Assembly: GCA_028707005.1 (NCBI GenBank)
Contig: JAQTVB010000001.1
Span: 755-64,754, forward strand
DNA length: 64,000 nt
Source of the DNA: Patescibacteria group bacterium
GTDB taxonomy: Bacteria; Patescibacteriota; Patescibacteriia; Patescibacteriales; GWC2-42-12
Reading direction: 5' to 3'
Shown: piece by piece, positions 46,008 to 58,200 of the stretch
How the letters are laid out: each line of letters begins with the position of its first letter
Numbering within the stretch: position 1 is the first letter of the stretch
Made by a program: the position numbers and the translations under genes
Notes under the pieces: generated by a model
Database searches by the model: none
The model's input: only the letters and a program-made list of their open reading frames with translations
Told to the model about the DNA's origin: nothing

Positions 46008-47189
46008 TTACATCATCTTCTTCCGAATGAACGCCGGGATGCCGAGCTCGTCGTCTTCTTCCGCGGCGGCCGCGCCTTTTTTTTGCGCCGGTTCGGCTTG
46101 AGCCTGCTTTAAGGGCGAAATCTTGCTCTTTTTCTTGGTTTGGTCTCTTTTATCTTTTTCCTCTTCCACCGAGGCAATATAAGGATTGGGCGTATAGACT
46201 CTTTCTCCGGCCAAACCTTCGCTTACGCCCACGCGCCGGCCGTCAAAACCGGTCGCTACCACCGTAACTTTTATTTCATCTTTATATTTATCGTCAATCA
46301 CGGCTCCGAAAATGATCTTGGCGTCCTCATCGGCCGAAGAAGTAATCACTTTGGCTGCTTCATTAACTTCATGCATGGTAAGATTCGGCCCGCCCACGAT
46401 CGTAAAGAGCACGCCGCGCGCGCCCTCAACCGACATCTCTAGGAGCGGCGAACTGATTGCGGCCTTGGCCGCTTCAATCGCCTTGTTTTCTCCCGAGGCC
46501 TGGCCGATGCCCATCAAGGCCGAACCGGCGTTAGCCATCACCGCTTTAACATCGGCAAAATCCACGTTGATGAGCGCCGGGATGGTAATAATTTCCGAAA
46601 TGCCTTGCACGCCCTGCCTTAAAACTTCGTCCACGACCATAAACGCGTCCAAGAGCGTGGTTTTCTTATCAATCACTTGCAATAATTTATCGTTGGGAAT
46701 AGTAATAATGGCGTCAACCTTGTCGGCCAGTTCGGCCAGCCCCCGCTCGGCGATATTTTTTCTCTGCGCGCCTTCGAAAGAAAACGGCTTGGTCACTACG
46801 GCAACGGTCAAAGCGCCCAAATCGCGGGCGATCTCTGCCACGATCGGCGAAGCGCCCGTGCCGGTTCCGCCGCCCAAACCGCAAGTAATAAAAACCATAT
46901 CCACATCTTTTAGAACGTCTCTGATTTCATTCTGGCCCTCTTCGGCGGAACGTTTGCCTAATTCCGGATTCATGCCCGCGCCCAAGCCGCGGGTAATGGT
47001 TTTCCCGATATGAATTTTCTTTGAAGCCTTATTCATGTGCAGGGCCTGAACGTCAGTGTTAACCGCGATAAACTCCACGCCCCGGATGCCGCAATCAATC
47101 ATGCGGTTGACCGCACTGCCGCCCGAACCGCCCACGCCGATCACTTTTATTTTCGCAAAGGTTTCCACCGATGGTTTTACTTCTGCCAT
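46008..47189 (-). CDS. ftsZ: Cell division protein FtsZ
   Basis: GGGTGTG signature, INVDFADV, IPAFIRK tail. Confidence 0.99.
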   Translation of the reverse strand: MAEVKPSVETFAKIKVIGVGGSGGSAVNRMIDCGIRGVEFIAVNTDVQALHMNKASKKIHIGKTITRGLGAGMNPELGKRSAEEGQNEIRDVLKDVDMVFITCGLGGGTGTGASPIVAEIARDLGALTVAVVTKPFSFEGAQRKNIAERGLAELADKVDAIITIPNDKLLQVIDKKTTLLDAFMVVDEVLRQGVQGISEIITIPALINVDFADVKAVMANAGSALMGIGQASGENKAIEAAKAAISSPLLEMSVEGARGVLFTIVGGPNLTMHEVNEAAKVITSSADEDAKIIFGAVIDDKYKDEIKVTVVATGFDGRRVGVSEGLAGERVYTPNPYIASVEEEKDKRDQTKKKSKISPLKQAQAEPAQKKGAAAAEEDDELGIPAFIRKKMM

Positions 47190-47371
47190 ATTTGAGAATT
47201 ACGAATTACCTGCCTGCCAGACAGGCAGGCGAATTATGAATCTCTAATTTTCTCACCCCATGATTCATTATTCCTGTTTATATCTTAACCTATACTTAAA
47301 AATATAGCAAGTGGTTTGATTCTACCGACTTTTCCACAGGGTGTATAAATCTTTTATACACCTGGCTTTTG

Positions 47372-47433
47372 CCCCCTTGATAAAGGGGGTTAGGGGGATT
47401 TTATTTTGTCATTTCCGCGCAGGCGGGAATCCA
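47372..47433. repeat. CCCCTT..AAGGGG palindrome plus GTCATT..GGAATCC arm
   Basis: cccccttgataaagggggttagggggattt and ttgtcatttccgcgcaggcgggaatcca. Confidence 0.75.
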
Positions 47434-47442
47434 AAATTTATT

Positions 47443-48141
47443 TTACTTCTGCCCTTTTATTTTTTCCAATCTCTCGACAATATTCTTTAAGTCATTAACA
47501 TCTTGATTACTATATTTTCCTTTATTATATTTAAATTTATTGAGGATAGCTTCTACCTTATCAAAAATATTATTTAAAATAGTAGAATCCAGATTACATT
47601 TATTGTCAGTATAAAGGTAACTCATGGCTTTCCTAAACCTATCTAAGAGCTCGCCCATTTCCTCGTTTTGTTTAAACTTAGAATAGTCGTGATATTGATC
47701 ATTAACCAGGCTTAGTATATAACTGTATCGATATCTGTCACGCTCATATTCATCCTCTAACATACTCCATCTTTTTGGATGTCTTAATTTTCTTAATACT
47801 CTAGCTTCGATCTCTAATATACGTCCCTTGTTGGTCCCGATATCTTTTGCAATTTCTTCAGGTGTTTCTCCTAAGAAGAATCTTCGCCTTATTACCTCTT
47901 TTTCTTTTTCGCTTGATAAAGTTTCAATCATTATTTCCAGTTCTTCGCGTAGTAACGAATCTTCCGAAACATCTCTCCTGTCTAATTTGGCCCGCCGTTG
48001 CATTTCTCTAAATGCTTCTTTTTCTTTTTCCGACACCCTGTCCTCTCTTTTTATTGGTTCGATCTCTTCGCCTTCAACCGCTATCTCTCCTTCACTGCCC
48101 AACACTTCTTCCTCCTTTGGCATAGTTTCAAACTTCGGCAT
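47443..48141 (-). CDS. Sigma-70 region-4 HTH domain protein inserted between ftsA and ftsZ
   Basis: LSSEKEKEVIRRRF...TPEEIAK...RILEIEARVLRKLRHP; no region 2; AT-rich. Confidence 0.78.
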   Translation of the reverse strand: MPKFETMPKEEEVLGSEGEIAVEGEEIEPIKREDRVSEKEKEAFREMQRRAKLDRRDVSEDSLLREELEIMIETLSSEKEKEVIRRRFFLGETPEEIAKDIGTNKGRILEIEARVLRKLRHPKRWSMLEDEYERDRYRYSYILSLVNDQYHDYSKFKQNEEMGELLDRFRKAMSYLYTDNKCNLDSTILNNIFDKVEAILNKFKYNKGKYSNQDVNDLKNIVERLEKIKGQK

Positions 48142-48152
48142 AACATTATTTT

Positions 48153-48239
48153 TAAACCTCCTCTTAATCCCCTCTTTCGTAAGGAGGGGGCCTTAAATCC
48201 CCGCTCGGCTAACGCCTCGCCGCCCCTTTATTAAAGGGG
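48153..48239. repeat. Two CCCCT..AGGGG palindromes, inverted relative to the 47372 copy
   Basis: cccctctttcgtaaggaggggg and cccctttattaaagggg. Confidence 0.7.
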
Positions 48240-48267
48240 CCTTAAATCATGATTCATGATTCATTCT

Positions 48268-49533
48268 TCACGGTATCAGCGAACTAAACCACTTCTTAAC
48301 TTTTTCCACAGTCTGGCCTACCGCGCCGCCGAGCCGCCAATTAATCTTTGAACCTGATTTATGCCCGGACAATTGATTGCCCCAGGCTAGAAGCCCCAAG
48401 GCGGTCAAATAATCTATGTCATTCACTTTATCAATGGCCGAAGAGACATTATTGTTAGCGCCTAAACAAGCGGGCAGGCGCAAACGATTTTTCGCGGTTT
48501 CCACAATATCATTAAGCTTAGCGCCGCCGCCGATTAAAAATACTCCGGCCGGGAGCATACCCGAGCGGTCTATCTTTTTCAATTCATCGTCAATTTTATC
48601 AAAAATTTCTTCCACCCGCGCCTCAATGATTTCCGCCACGTATTTTTTGGAAATTATCATTTTTTCGTCAGCCATGTTTTCTTCTCTGGCCAGATCGGAA
48701 ATATCCACCTCGTCCTTCTTGGTAAATTTATCTCCCCGGGAAGATCCGTATTCCAGCTTGATCCGCTCCGCCAAATTAATCGGGCATCTTAAGCCGATCG
48801 CCACATCGGAAGTAATGTGCTCGGAGCCGATAGGAATGACCGCGGCATGGAGCAATTCGCCTTCTTCAAAAACGGCCAAGCTGGTAGTGGCGGCGCCGAT
48901 ATTGATTAAAGCCGCGCCCAATTCTTTCTGCTTCGGGGAAATTACCACTTCAGCGGCGGCCAAAGGCGATAAAACCAAATCATTGATTTCCAGGCCGGTG
49001 CGATAAATCGCCTTGGTCAAATTCTTTATCTGGCTGGAAAATCCCTGAATAATCAAAGTTTCAACTTCCAGCCTTACGCCGGTCATGCCGATCGGGTCTT
49101 TGATATCCGCCTGGTTATCCACGTTAAACTTAACCGGAATGACATGGAGAATTTCGTAATTTGGCGGCACGGATAAAGCCTGCGCCGCTTCCACGGCGCG
49201 GTTGACATCGTCTTCGGTAATTTCATTATCGCTCCGGCCGACTGCTACCACGCCATGGCTTTTTTCGCACTTCAAATTCGGGCCGTTGATGCCGACCCAG
49301 ACATTATTCAAAGGCACGCCGATCAGTCTTTCGGCTTTTTCCAGGCAGGCGGAAATGGCCGAGGTGGCGTCTTCAATGCTATTGACCGAACCGCGGTTAA
49401 TCCCTTCGGCCGGGGCGGTAACCGCGCCTAAAATATGCAATTGTTCACCGGTTTCACCGGCCGCTCTTTGGCCGACTGCCAGTCTGATGGCTGTTGAGCC
49501 GATGTCTAAACCGGCGATGATGTTATCTTTCAT
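48268..49533 (-). CDS. ftsA: Cell division protein FtsA
   Basis: GLDIGS, PIGMTGVRLE, ITSDVA, EARVEEI, GGGAKL. Confidence 0.97.
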   Translation of the reverse strand: MKDNIIAGLDIGSTAIRLAVGQRAAGETGEQLHILGAVTAPAEGINRGSVNSIEDATSAISACLEKAERLIGVPLNNVWVGINGPNLKCEKSHGVVAVGRSDNEITEDDVNRAVEAAQALSVPPNYEILHVIPVKFNVDNQADIKDPIGMTGVRLEVETLIIQGFSSQIKNLTKAIYRTGLEINDLVLSPLAAAEVVISPKQKELGAALINIGAATTSLAVFEEGELLHAAVIPIGSEHITSDVAIGLRCPINLAERIKLEYGSSRGDKFTKKDEVDISDLAREENMADEKMIISKKYVAEIIEARVEEIFDKIDDELKKIDRSGMLPAGVFLIGGGAKLNDIVETAKNRLRLPACLGANNNVSSAIDKVNDIDYLTALGLLAWGNQLSGHKSGSKINWRLGGAVGQTVEKVKKWFSSLIP

Positions 49534-49649
49534 AAGTAATGCAAATTACGAATTTTTTACAAATTTACAAATATTTTTGTCATCTTATTTACTTTATTTG
49601 TAAATTTGTGACAGATTTGTAATTCGTATTGTTATTATACTAAAATTAT

Positions 49650-50024
49650 TTAAAACTGTCCAAATAATTTATACGCCTGCGGCCAAAAAATGATCAGGCC
49701 GATGATTAGCGCGCCCAGCGATGATAGTAAAACCGCGGCCGCCATAATATCTTTAATCTCTTTTACGTAAGTATTGATCCTCGGTTTTAAGACGTCGGTA
49801 ATCCTTTCCACCGCGCTGTTGGCGGTTTCCGCGACCAGCACCAGCGCGATTGCCAGAACGAGCAAAGCCCAGCTCACCGGGTCAATCTTAAAATAAATCC
49901 CGAAAATTACGACCACCAGGCTTAGGCTCGCCTGGATTTTTAAATTTTGCTCTTCATGAAAAATTTTTAACAAGCCCTTAAAAGCATAGCTAAAACTTCT
50001 CACCAGCCTGCCAATTCTTATCAT
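49650..50024 (-). CDS. dgkA: Prokaryotic diacylglycerol/undecaprenol kinase
   Basis: SFSYAFKGL, EEQN, ETANSAVE, KDIMAAAV. Confidence 0.92.
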   Translation of the reverse strand: MIRIGRLVRSFSYAFKGLLKIFHEEQNLKIQASLSLVVVIFGIYFKIDPVSWALLVLAIALVLVAETANSAVERITDVLKPRINTYVKEIKDIMAAAVLLSSLGALIIGLIIFWPQAYKLFGQF

Positions 50025-50042
50025 AAATTTATTCAACAATTT

Positions 50043-50456
50043 TTAATTACAAAATTTTAAATTCTCCATAAACTGCTCCCCCATCTCCATCATCTTCTGT
50101 CTGTCTTTTTCCGTTTCATCGTCATATCCCAGCAAATGCAGCAGCCCATGGACCAGGATAAAAATCAACTCCTCGCGAGCAGAATTGCCGAATTGACCGG
50201 CTTGCCTTTTTATCTGGTCGTAGTCGATTATCAGCTCGCCCCAAAGCTCGCCTTCTCCGGCAAAAGACAGGATGTCGGTCGGTTCGCTTTTATCGCGATA
50301 TATCCGGTTCAACTTTTTAATTTCCGCGTCGCTTACAAAAGCAATGGACAGTTCTTCGCCTTTAACTTGATATTCCGCAACAAATTTATTTACCAGCCCT
50401 TTAATAAAGCTTGAATTAATCTTTTTCTTGGTCCGATTGTTAATCTCAATTCTCAT
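50043..50456 (-). CDS. ybeY: rRNA maturation endoribonuclease YbeY
   Basis: LNRIYR, TDILSF, HGLLHLLGYD. Confidence 0.95.
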   Translation of the reverse strand: MRIEINNRTKKKINSSFIKGLVNKFVAEYQVKGEELSIAFVSDAEIKKLNRIYRDKSEPTDILSFAGEGELWGELIIDYDQIKRQAGQFGNSAREELIFILVHGLLHLLGYDDETEKDRQKMMEMGEQFMENLKFCN

Positions 50457-50480
50457 GTATTTCCCGTTATTCATTATTCA

Positions 50481-51494
50481 TTACTGTTTTAAGGTAAAAG
50501 ACTTAACCATCATGTTGAAAATATCAATGTAATCAAGGATATTGTTCTCGCCGGGATTATAGGTAATGGTAAAAATATAATTTTGCCCCGCATCCATTAA
50601 GTAAGCGGTCAAGCCGTCTAAATTTTTTATCCCCTGCCAGCCCGCTCCGGCCAAGCGGTCGGCGTCATTAATGACGCTAACCCCCAGTTGGTCCAAATAC
50701 CACTGGTCAAGCGTTGCTTTAGCCTCATTAGCTTGGACAATAATCCCGAAAAATTGGTTGTCATCGGTTTTAAACATTATTGAATCGTCCCCACCGCTCA
50801 AACTCATCTGCCAGGCGCTGGGATACAACACGATATATTTATAGGTATTGTTTTCATAAAGCGAAATCGCGGGATTATCAATTAATTTGCCCGAGCCGGC
50901 CGGATTATATAAATTCATCACTTCGTCTCCGTCTAAATAACTGTCACCATCCGTATCCGGAGAAGAAGTGGCCGTGCCCAATAAAAATTCTTCCGCGTTA
51001 GCCAGGCCGTCCGCGTCGCTATCAAGCGCAGGGATCAAGCCAATTGACGTTTCCGGCTCAACCGTTTCCAGAGTGCTCGTGGCCGTCGTTGATGTAGCCG
51101 CTGTTTCTTCTGTCGATAAGGCGGCTGTTTCGGTTGAGGTGGTTGCCAGGTCGGTTTGATTTTGTTCCGCTTCAGCCGCGTTTTCAGCCGGCGGGTTGGT
51201 TTCAACCGCCGTAAGCTCCGTCTTAACGGTAACGGCCGGCTCTTTTAATAAATAGAAATACAAACCAGCCGAAACCGCGGCCAAAAATAACACGCCGCCG
51301 CCGACAATCATCAAACCGGCGGTTTTGGCGCTGTCGGCTTTTATCGGTTTATGGCGAAAACGCTCCGGCATGGTATGAATGGCAATATTGTCTATCTGAA
51401 TCTGTTTTTCTTTCACCGGCTCGGCCGCGGCCAATTCCTCGCCAGCCGGCTGTTCCGCCGGCTTTTTCTTAAAAAAACTTAAGGGGTTAAACAT
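50481..51494 (-). CDS. Membrane-anchored protein with DxDxDG Ca-binding repeats and PsbP-like C-terminal domain
   Basis: One TM, Thr-rich linker, DSDADGL/DTDGDSY, YIVLYPSAW. Confidence 0.75.
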   Translation of the reverse strand: MFNPLSFFKKKPAEQPAGEELAAAEPVKEKQIQIDNIAIHTMPERFRHKPIKADSAKTAGLMIVGGGVLFLAAVSAGLYFYLLKEPAVTVKTELTAVETNPPAENAAEAEQNQTDLATTSTETAALSTEETAATSTTATSTLETVEPETSIGLIPALDSDADGLANAEEFLLGTATSSPDTDGDSYLDGDEVMNLYNPAGSGKLIDNPAISLYENNTYKYIVLYPSAWQMSLSGGDDSIMFKTDDNQFFGIIVQANEAKATLDQWYLDQLGVSVINDADRLAGAGWQGIKNLDGLTAYLMDAGQNYIFTITYNPGENNILDYIDIFNMMVKSFTLKQ

Positions 51495-51520
51495 AATATT
51501 GATTTTCAAATTCCATAGTA

Positions 51521-52231
51521 TTATTTAATTTCCAATAATTTTCCCGCCCCCTTGGGATTATAGCCGTTTTTGACTTCGTCGCCATCCTTATAGCCGTCGC
51601 CGTCAGTATCGGGGATTAGAGGATCGGTATTGTAAACTTTGGTTTCTTCCCGATCGGTTAAACCATCCTGGTCAGTATCCGCATCGGTAACGCTGGTGCC
51701 ATAAGCGGCTTCTTCTTCATCGGTTAAGCCGTCGCCGTCAGTATCCTGGGGTTCGGTTATAACCTGCTCCACCGGTTCAATCGGGGCCGTATTCGCCTCC
51801 TCGGCTGACGGCGAAGTTGCCTGGTTGGTTTCACCGCCGCTTGTCTGTTCTTCCACTATCGTGCTATCAGCCGCCTGCTTGCCGCCGAACGCCAGCTTCA
51901 AGCCGAAATAGCCTCCGGCAATGACCACGACCACGCCGCCAAACAATAAGCCAAACACCAGCATTTTATTGCTTCTCCAGCCCACGGCCGGCGGCACTAC
52001 GGTGCCGCGCGGCGGCTCGCCGGCTGGCCGAGAGCGGAAAACTTCTGGTTTGGCGGTTTTATCCATTTCGGCAAAAATGTCTTCAGCTTTGACCGGCCCG
52101 GCTCCGGCGCCGTTCTTAACTCCAGCCGCGTTTTCCGGGACTGGCCTTACGGGCGCCTGGCTCAACGGCCTGGCGCCAGACTGCGGCATCGCTTGATTGC
52201 GCTCATCCACTTTGTCTAATTCGTCAAACAT
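51521..52231 (-). CDS. Membrane-anchored thrombospondin type 3-like repeat protein
   Basis: One TM; DTDGDGLTD, DTDQDGLTD, DTDGDGYKD, GYNP.G.G. Confidence 0.8.
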   Translation of the reverse strand: MFDELDKVDERNQAMPQSGARPLSQAPVRPVPENAAGVKNGAGAGPVKAEDIFAEMDKTAKPEVFRSRPAGEPPRGTVVPPAVGWRSNKMLVFGLLFGGVVVVIAGGYFGLKLAFGGKQAADSTIVEEQTSGGETNQATSPSAEEANTAPIEPVEQVITEPQDTDGDGLTDEEEAAYGTSVTDADTDQDGLTDREETKVYNTDPLIPDTDGDGYKDGDEVKNGYNPKGAGKLLEIK

Positions 52232-52251
52232 AAATTTATTTTATGAATAAT

Positions 52252-55200
52252 TTATCTTTCATCAGGCATCGCTTGATTTGCGTTCAGGCTATCGGCCGTT
52301 GCCGCTGTTCCTTGTATGCGGCCGCTTTCATTGCCTTGAGCGTCCAAAGCGGAAACCGCAAAATAATAGGTAGTGCCTGAAGCCAAACCGGTGATAGCGG
52401 TGCTGCAAAGAGCGTTAGAACATTTACTCTTATCCACCTTAACCGACGCGCCGGGAATGACCGCTCCACTGCCGTCGCGGCTGGCGCCATAATATACTTT
52501 ATAGCTTACCGTATCGTCAATGTTGGGCGCCCAGGCAACCGTTGTCTGGTTTGAGCCGACCGTAACCGACAAATCTCGCGGCGTGGCCGGAGCCAAAGTA
52601 TCGGCCGGCGTGGTGCTGGCCTCATTGGAGTAACCGCTTTCTATGGCCTTGTTATTATACGCGGTAACGGCAAAGTAATAAACTTGTCCATTAACCAGGC
52701 CGGTCACTGTATAATTAGTCGCCGCGCTCTTAATATCAATGTTTTTATTATATTGGCCGCTGGCCGTGCCATAATATAATTTATAGCCGGCAGCCGATCT
52801 GGCCGGATTCCATGAAGCGCTTACTTTCCCGCCCGCCCGCAAGGCATTGACGCTTAATCCGCTGGCTACGTCCGGCGCAACACCTCTAAAAAAATATAAT
52901 TCTTTTACAATATCATCCGCCGCTGAAGCGCCGCGAATGATTGCGCTTTCCGACAGCGCCGGCAAATCATCGGCTGTGCCGGCTTCACCGGCATCGCGGC
53001 AGTAATGCAATGAAAAATTGGTGTTATAGCAATCGCCTCCGCCGGCGGCGCAATTTCCGGCCAGGTCTGTCCATGGCGCCCAAGTGCCGTCAGCCTTAAC
53101 CACCGGCCAGGGGTTATCGCACAAAAATACGTAAATTTCCGCCTGGCCTTCTTTAACCGCGCCTTTGGTTCCCATCACCGAGTCTTCGGCGATGGTCGCT
53201 TTGGCGTCAAGCAACGTGCTGGCATCTTTAATATTCTGCGCCACAATCACCACGTTATCGGTTGCGTTTTCTCCGGCTTTAAACTTAACCACCGTTTGAT
53301 CCTCGATCGCCCAGCTCCACTCCCAGCTATACAAACCCGCGATCGAACTAAGCGCCTGCCCGTCCGCGGAGTAGCCGGTCGCCCGAAAAATTTTATCGCT
53401 ATCCTGGACGGTATCGTAATCCGCGTTCTGGCTGTTATCATCTTTAGTATCATTAACGCTGGTCTTGAATAAATAGCTCGCCGGATTAACCGCTACCGAA
53501 GCCAAGCGGCAAATCCCGCTGTCAACGTCAGAACTCTCTTTAGTGGTGAAATACCAAATTTTCGCGTTTTTAAAGTTTTGACCGTTGAAAACCGCCGGAT
53601 TTTCATAGGCGTCGCCGCCCAGAGGCGCGCCAACGCTATTCATACCCACGCCGCTCGCGGCCAGCACGCCTTCTTTGATCGCGTCGGACGTGTCCGCGTC
53701 TCCCTTAATGATCACATAATATCTTCTGCCGGCATCCAGCATTTTTCTCAATTTATATTCTACCACGGTTTTATTGGCAATATTATAGCCATCAACCGCT
53801 CCCGGAACAACGCAATAATTTCCATTTAAAGCCAAAGCTTCTTGAGCAAAAAGTTTATTTACTAAAGGCGCCTTAGCCAGCCAGGCTTTAATCCTGCCCG
53901 CCAAACTGGGCCGATACGCGGCGGTTAAATAGGTGGTGCCGGACGGGCAGGGGTCGGCGCCGTAAGATCCGGCCACCATAATATTATTCGCGAAAGAATC
54001 CGGCCGCATATACTGGTTAAAAGTGGCTTGAATCAGAGCGTTGCGGCAGATGCCGGGCCCCATGGGCTTGGCGCTCTCCACGCTCGGCCGGGCATGGCAG
54101 CAGGCATCGGCGCCGCAGCCGGTCGTGGCCGCGCTGCCGCAGTCGCCATCCTTCGTACAGCCGCAACACAGTCCGCGCTTATCGCCGGAGCAGGGTGATT
54201 GGTTGGCTTTACAGGTTAACAACGTATTGATGGCCGTACATTTATCCGGATTAGCCGCCGGATCGCAGCAGCAAGTGCCGCAGTCATTAGGCGGATTCTG
54301 CGGCCCCGTGCCATCCTCATTCAAGCAGTTAAAGCCGGTGCAGATATCAGTATCGCATCGTGGTTGGGTCGTAGAATAATTAAAGCAGGTTTGGCCAAAG
54401 GCCGGCGGCAAAGTACAGCTGGCGCTGCAGCCGGCCGCAGTCCGATAGCTGGGCAAAGTCGTTTTGTAAATCGCCGAACCGCAAGTAGCGGTGCTGTTAT
54501 CGCAAGGATAATATGAACAATAAGCGTTAGTGTCGCCGCTTACGCCGGAGGAAACCGTTTCCGTGCCGCCGCGGCAAGCATTGCCGCCCATGGCGTCAAC
54601 GCAGCAGGTGCCGACGCCAAGCTTGGTGCAGTTGCCGCTGCCGCTAAGCCCCGAGCAGTCCTGGCAAATGCCGTCACCGCCCGCGCCGGCAGTATCGCAG
54701 AATTTACCGCTGGCGTTTTTGCAATTGCAAGCGCGGTTGCTGGCCGCTTGATTAACTGTGCCGCCAATTTTTACCGTACAGCCGGTGCAATAACCCAAAG
54801 TATTGGTATCGGCATTTCTGTCGCTGCCGCAATTGCCTTGGCATTTTAAAGGATAACAGCAGTCTTGCGCCGAATAGTCGAGGCGGCAGCAGCATTCGCA
54901 AGCTCCGGCGCTGGCTTTCTGGCATTTGCCGCTTACACAGCTGGCGCCGCTCGCGCAGACATTTTTGTCAATCAGGCATTGTTTAGCCTGACAAATTGAG
55001 CCGCTGGGGCATACGTTCAGTTCGCAGACAGAGGCATCGCCCGCCTGACCGCCGGCTCTGATGATGCTGCACCAGCCATTAGCGTCTAAAAAAGTTCCGC
55101 CCGGACAAGGGTTGCCGCCGGAATTAATCTGCAAAATTTTCGTGCTATAACCGCTTACGGTCCGGCATTGCTGTTCGGCAAAGACGATGTCGTCAAATTG

Positions 55201-58200
55201 GATTTTCTCATTTTCCGTCTGCCGGTAATTTACCAGTAAAACCAGCTTAACGTATTTTGTACCCATTCTAAAAGCATTAGGACCATTGCCAAAGCTTTGT
55301 CCGGTGATGCCGCCGCGGTTATAAGCTAAATTCTCCCATTCCCAGGGAACGGCGGAATTTACGGCCGCGGCATATAAATAAGTATTGCCGCCATAATGAT
55401 TTTTCACAACAACCTTTGCGCCAGGTTTATTGATTTCATCAAGCACCTGCTGGGGCAAAGCATGATTTAAATTAATAACTTTACTGCCGTTAATGCCGGT
55501 GCCGTTATAAGCGCCTCGATTGAGTTCAACGGAGTTGAAACAGCTGGAATTGGCCGGGTTGGTCGTGCCGCAAGGCGTAGGATACCAGGAAAAAACATAA
55601 TCAACTCTATGGCTGGTATCGCCGTCATAATAGAAACCCAGGCTTCTAACGCCGGCCACGGTTGTCTGGTCGTTCCAGCCGCTGATGGCTTCCTTAACAA
55701 CGATCTGGGTATCAGAAACGCTCGCAATCGTAGCGTCGCTACCCTTCCTTAAGACTTCTTCAGCGCTGATTAATTTTTGATTTTCATCATACGGCGCCAG
55801 GCCGAAATACAGTCTTGATTTGAATGGCACGCAGCTTTCTCCGTTCGCGGCATCGCAGATATTAGCATCGTTAGTGCAAGTTTTATAGGCTGAATTGGCA
55901 ATCACTTCCGTGCCATTCTTCACGCAGACTTTGCCCGTGCCGGCTGATTTGAATCTGCCAAAAATATAATAGGTGGTATTTATATTAATGGGCACAAAAT
56001 CAGTGGAAAAAAGGTTGTGGAATCCGTTTTGCGCGTATATTTTATTAGAGCCTTCGGCAACGATGCCGATTTTAAAATTAGAAGCCGGCTCGGTGTCAAA
56101 ATCGCTGGCGGCATCCGGCTCTTCGGCGTCAAATTTCATTGACTCGCTGGCCGCCAAATCATCGCACGTCCTATCTTTCAGCCTGCATTTATTCAAAGTT
56201 TGATCATAAACGCATTGACCACTGCCGCAAATCACCGGATAGGCGGCATGGCAATAATCATCGCCGCAATCCCCGGCCGCTGTTAAGCCGCCGGCGTATG
56301 ACGAGCACAAGCCCAGCGAATTCGGGCAGTAATAGCCGCCCGCGCATTGGTTGCCATAACCGGCGCAGGAATCTGGAGCAGTGCAGACGGTTGGAGTGGC
56401 GGAATTATTATCAGTATCTCTGCAATAAGAATTATCTTTGCAACATGAGCCATCGCCGCATTGGGCGGGCGAATTGGCGGGACAATCATCACACGTTCCA
56501 TCGTAATTGCATTCACCGACACTGCAGCATCTAAAGGTAGCGCCGACAGCAAGCGGGTTGGGAATATTGCATTTTTCCTGATTGACGCAATCTTTCGGCT
56601 GGCAAATACAGCTTGCGGTATCGCAGTATGTGGTGGCATGATCGCATTGATCTTTATTAATATCGCAACTGCCGGCTTTGCCATCTTTATAGCAAGGACC
56701 GCCGGCAAGCGATTTGCAGATACACTCATCAGTATTGCAAACGGAAATCGCCAGATCGCACTGGTTGTCATCGCTACTGCAATCGCCGGCCACGCCATCC
56801 TGATAGCAAGGATCGCCGATAGCCGGATGCTCCGCGCAGGTGCAAGACCTGGGCTGGCAAACCAAACCCGCGGCTTCGCACCTGGATTGACTGGCGTCGC
56901 AAGTTCCGCTTACCGCGCCGTTATAGCAAGGATCGCCCACGCTGGGCAGATAAGTCGTGCTGAAAGTCCATTGATAGACGCTGGACTTATATTGAGGAAA
57001 GCAAACATCTTGTTCTGTTTTTCCTCCGGTTGTGCTTTTGCATTGCCCGGCGTAGGGCGTGCCGGTTGAACAGCACAGGCTGTCCGCGCCGCAATCGCCG
57101 GTTTGTTTGCAGATGCCAACGGTAAAATTCAGGCCATTGCCGACCGCTTCCTTGCTCACGCCATGATCTATTAAAGTTTTAACGGCGCGCACCGGACCGG
57201 TTACCGCTTGCTGATGCACCGTGGTTTCGGCTTTGTCCGGCTTGGGATTGCCTTGAGCCTCGGTGTCAATTCCCCAAAAAGCAATCGCGCTGCCGGATTG
57301 ATTATGATTAAGCTGAAATCTAACCTGGCTATTCGCGTCTTGATCGCCAAAATACTCGCCCCATAAACTTACCTGGCTATTCCTTTGCCCCATGATCGGG
57401 TCAAGCTTGCATAAGCTGGGCGCGAGCGGCAGGGTTGAATCGGCTGTAAATGCCGCCGGGCTCAAATCACTGCTATCTATTTCCCAAAATTGGCCGCCGC
57501 TTTTGGCGATTTTCATGTAAATTACATAATCTCCATTAGCCAGTCCGGCCGGCGCTTTGACGATCACCTGCTTGTCGCTCCAGACTGAATCAGCGCAAAC
57601 TTCCGGAAAAGTATAACTGGCTTTTTTGTCGTTAAGCGCGGGGCCGAAATAAATTTCGCTAGTTCCTTTAGCGGCGCCAAAACCTTGGCCGCGGATGGTA
57701 ATATATTGCCCGGCCGCGCCTTGAACCGGATCAAAAGAGGAAATCAGCGGACCGGCATAAGGCTCGGCGGTTTTCTGAAACTCCAAATAATTACTTAAAA
57801 CTTTTTTAGCTTCATCAGCCACAAAGCTGGTGGTTTTGCCGGTTTGAATATTAGGCACTTGGGCAGCTCCCTGCTTGCCTCTCACATCTGTGAATACTGA
57901 ACTTAAGGCCGTGGTGCTGGCCGACCAATCGCCAAAATAAGCTTGATTGTCTTTAGTCAATCCGACTCCGCCATAAGTAATAGTATCATTCATTTTCCCG
58001 CTCGCCGGCGCCAGCTGGCACAATCCGGGCCGGGCGATCGTATTAATCAAAAAATCATCCAGGCGCGGATTAGTAAGGCTGTCATCGGAAAAACCGCTGG
58101 CCGCTTCCACTTTAATCGGCCCGGTAGCCGCGCCAACCGGCACTATCGCGATAATCTGCGTGTCGCTCCAGACATGAGCGCATTGGCTGTTGCCCGCGCC

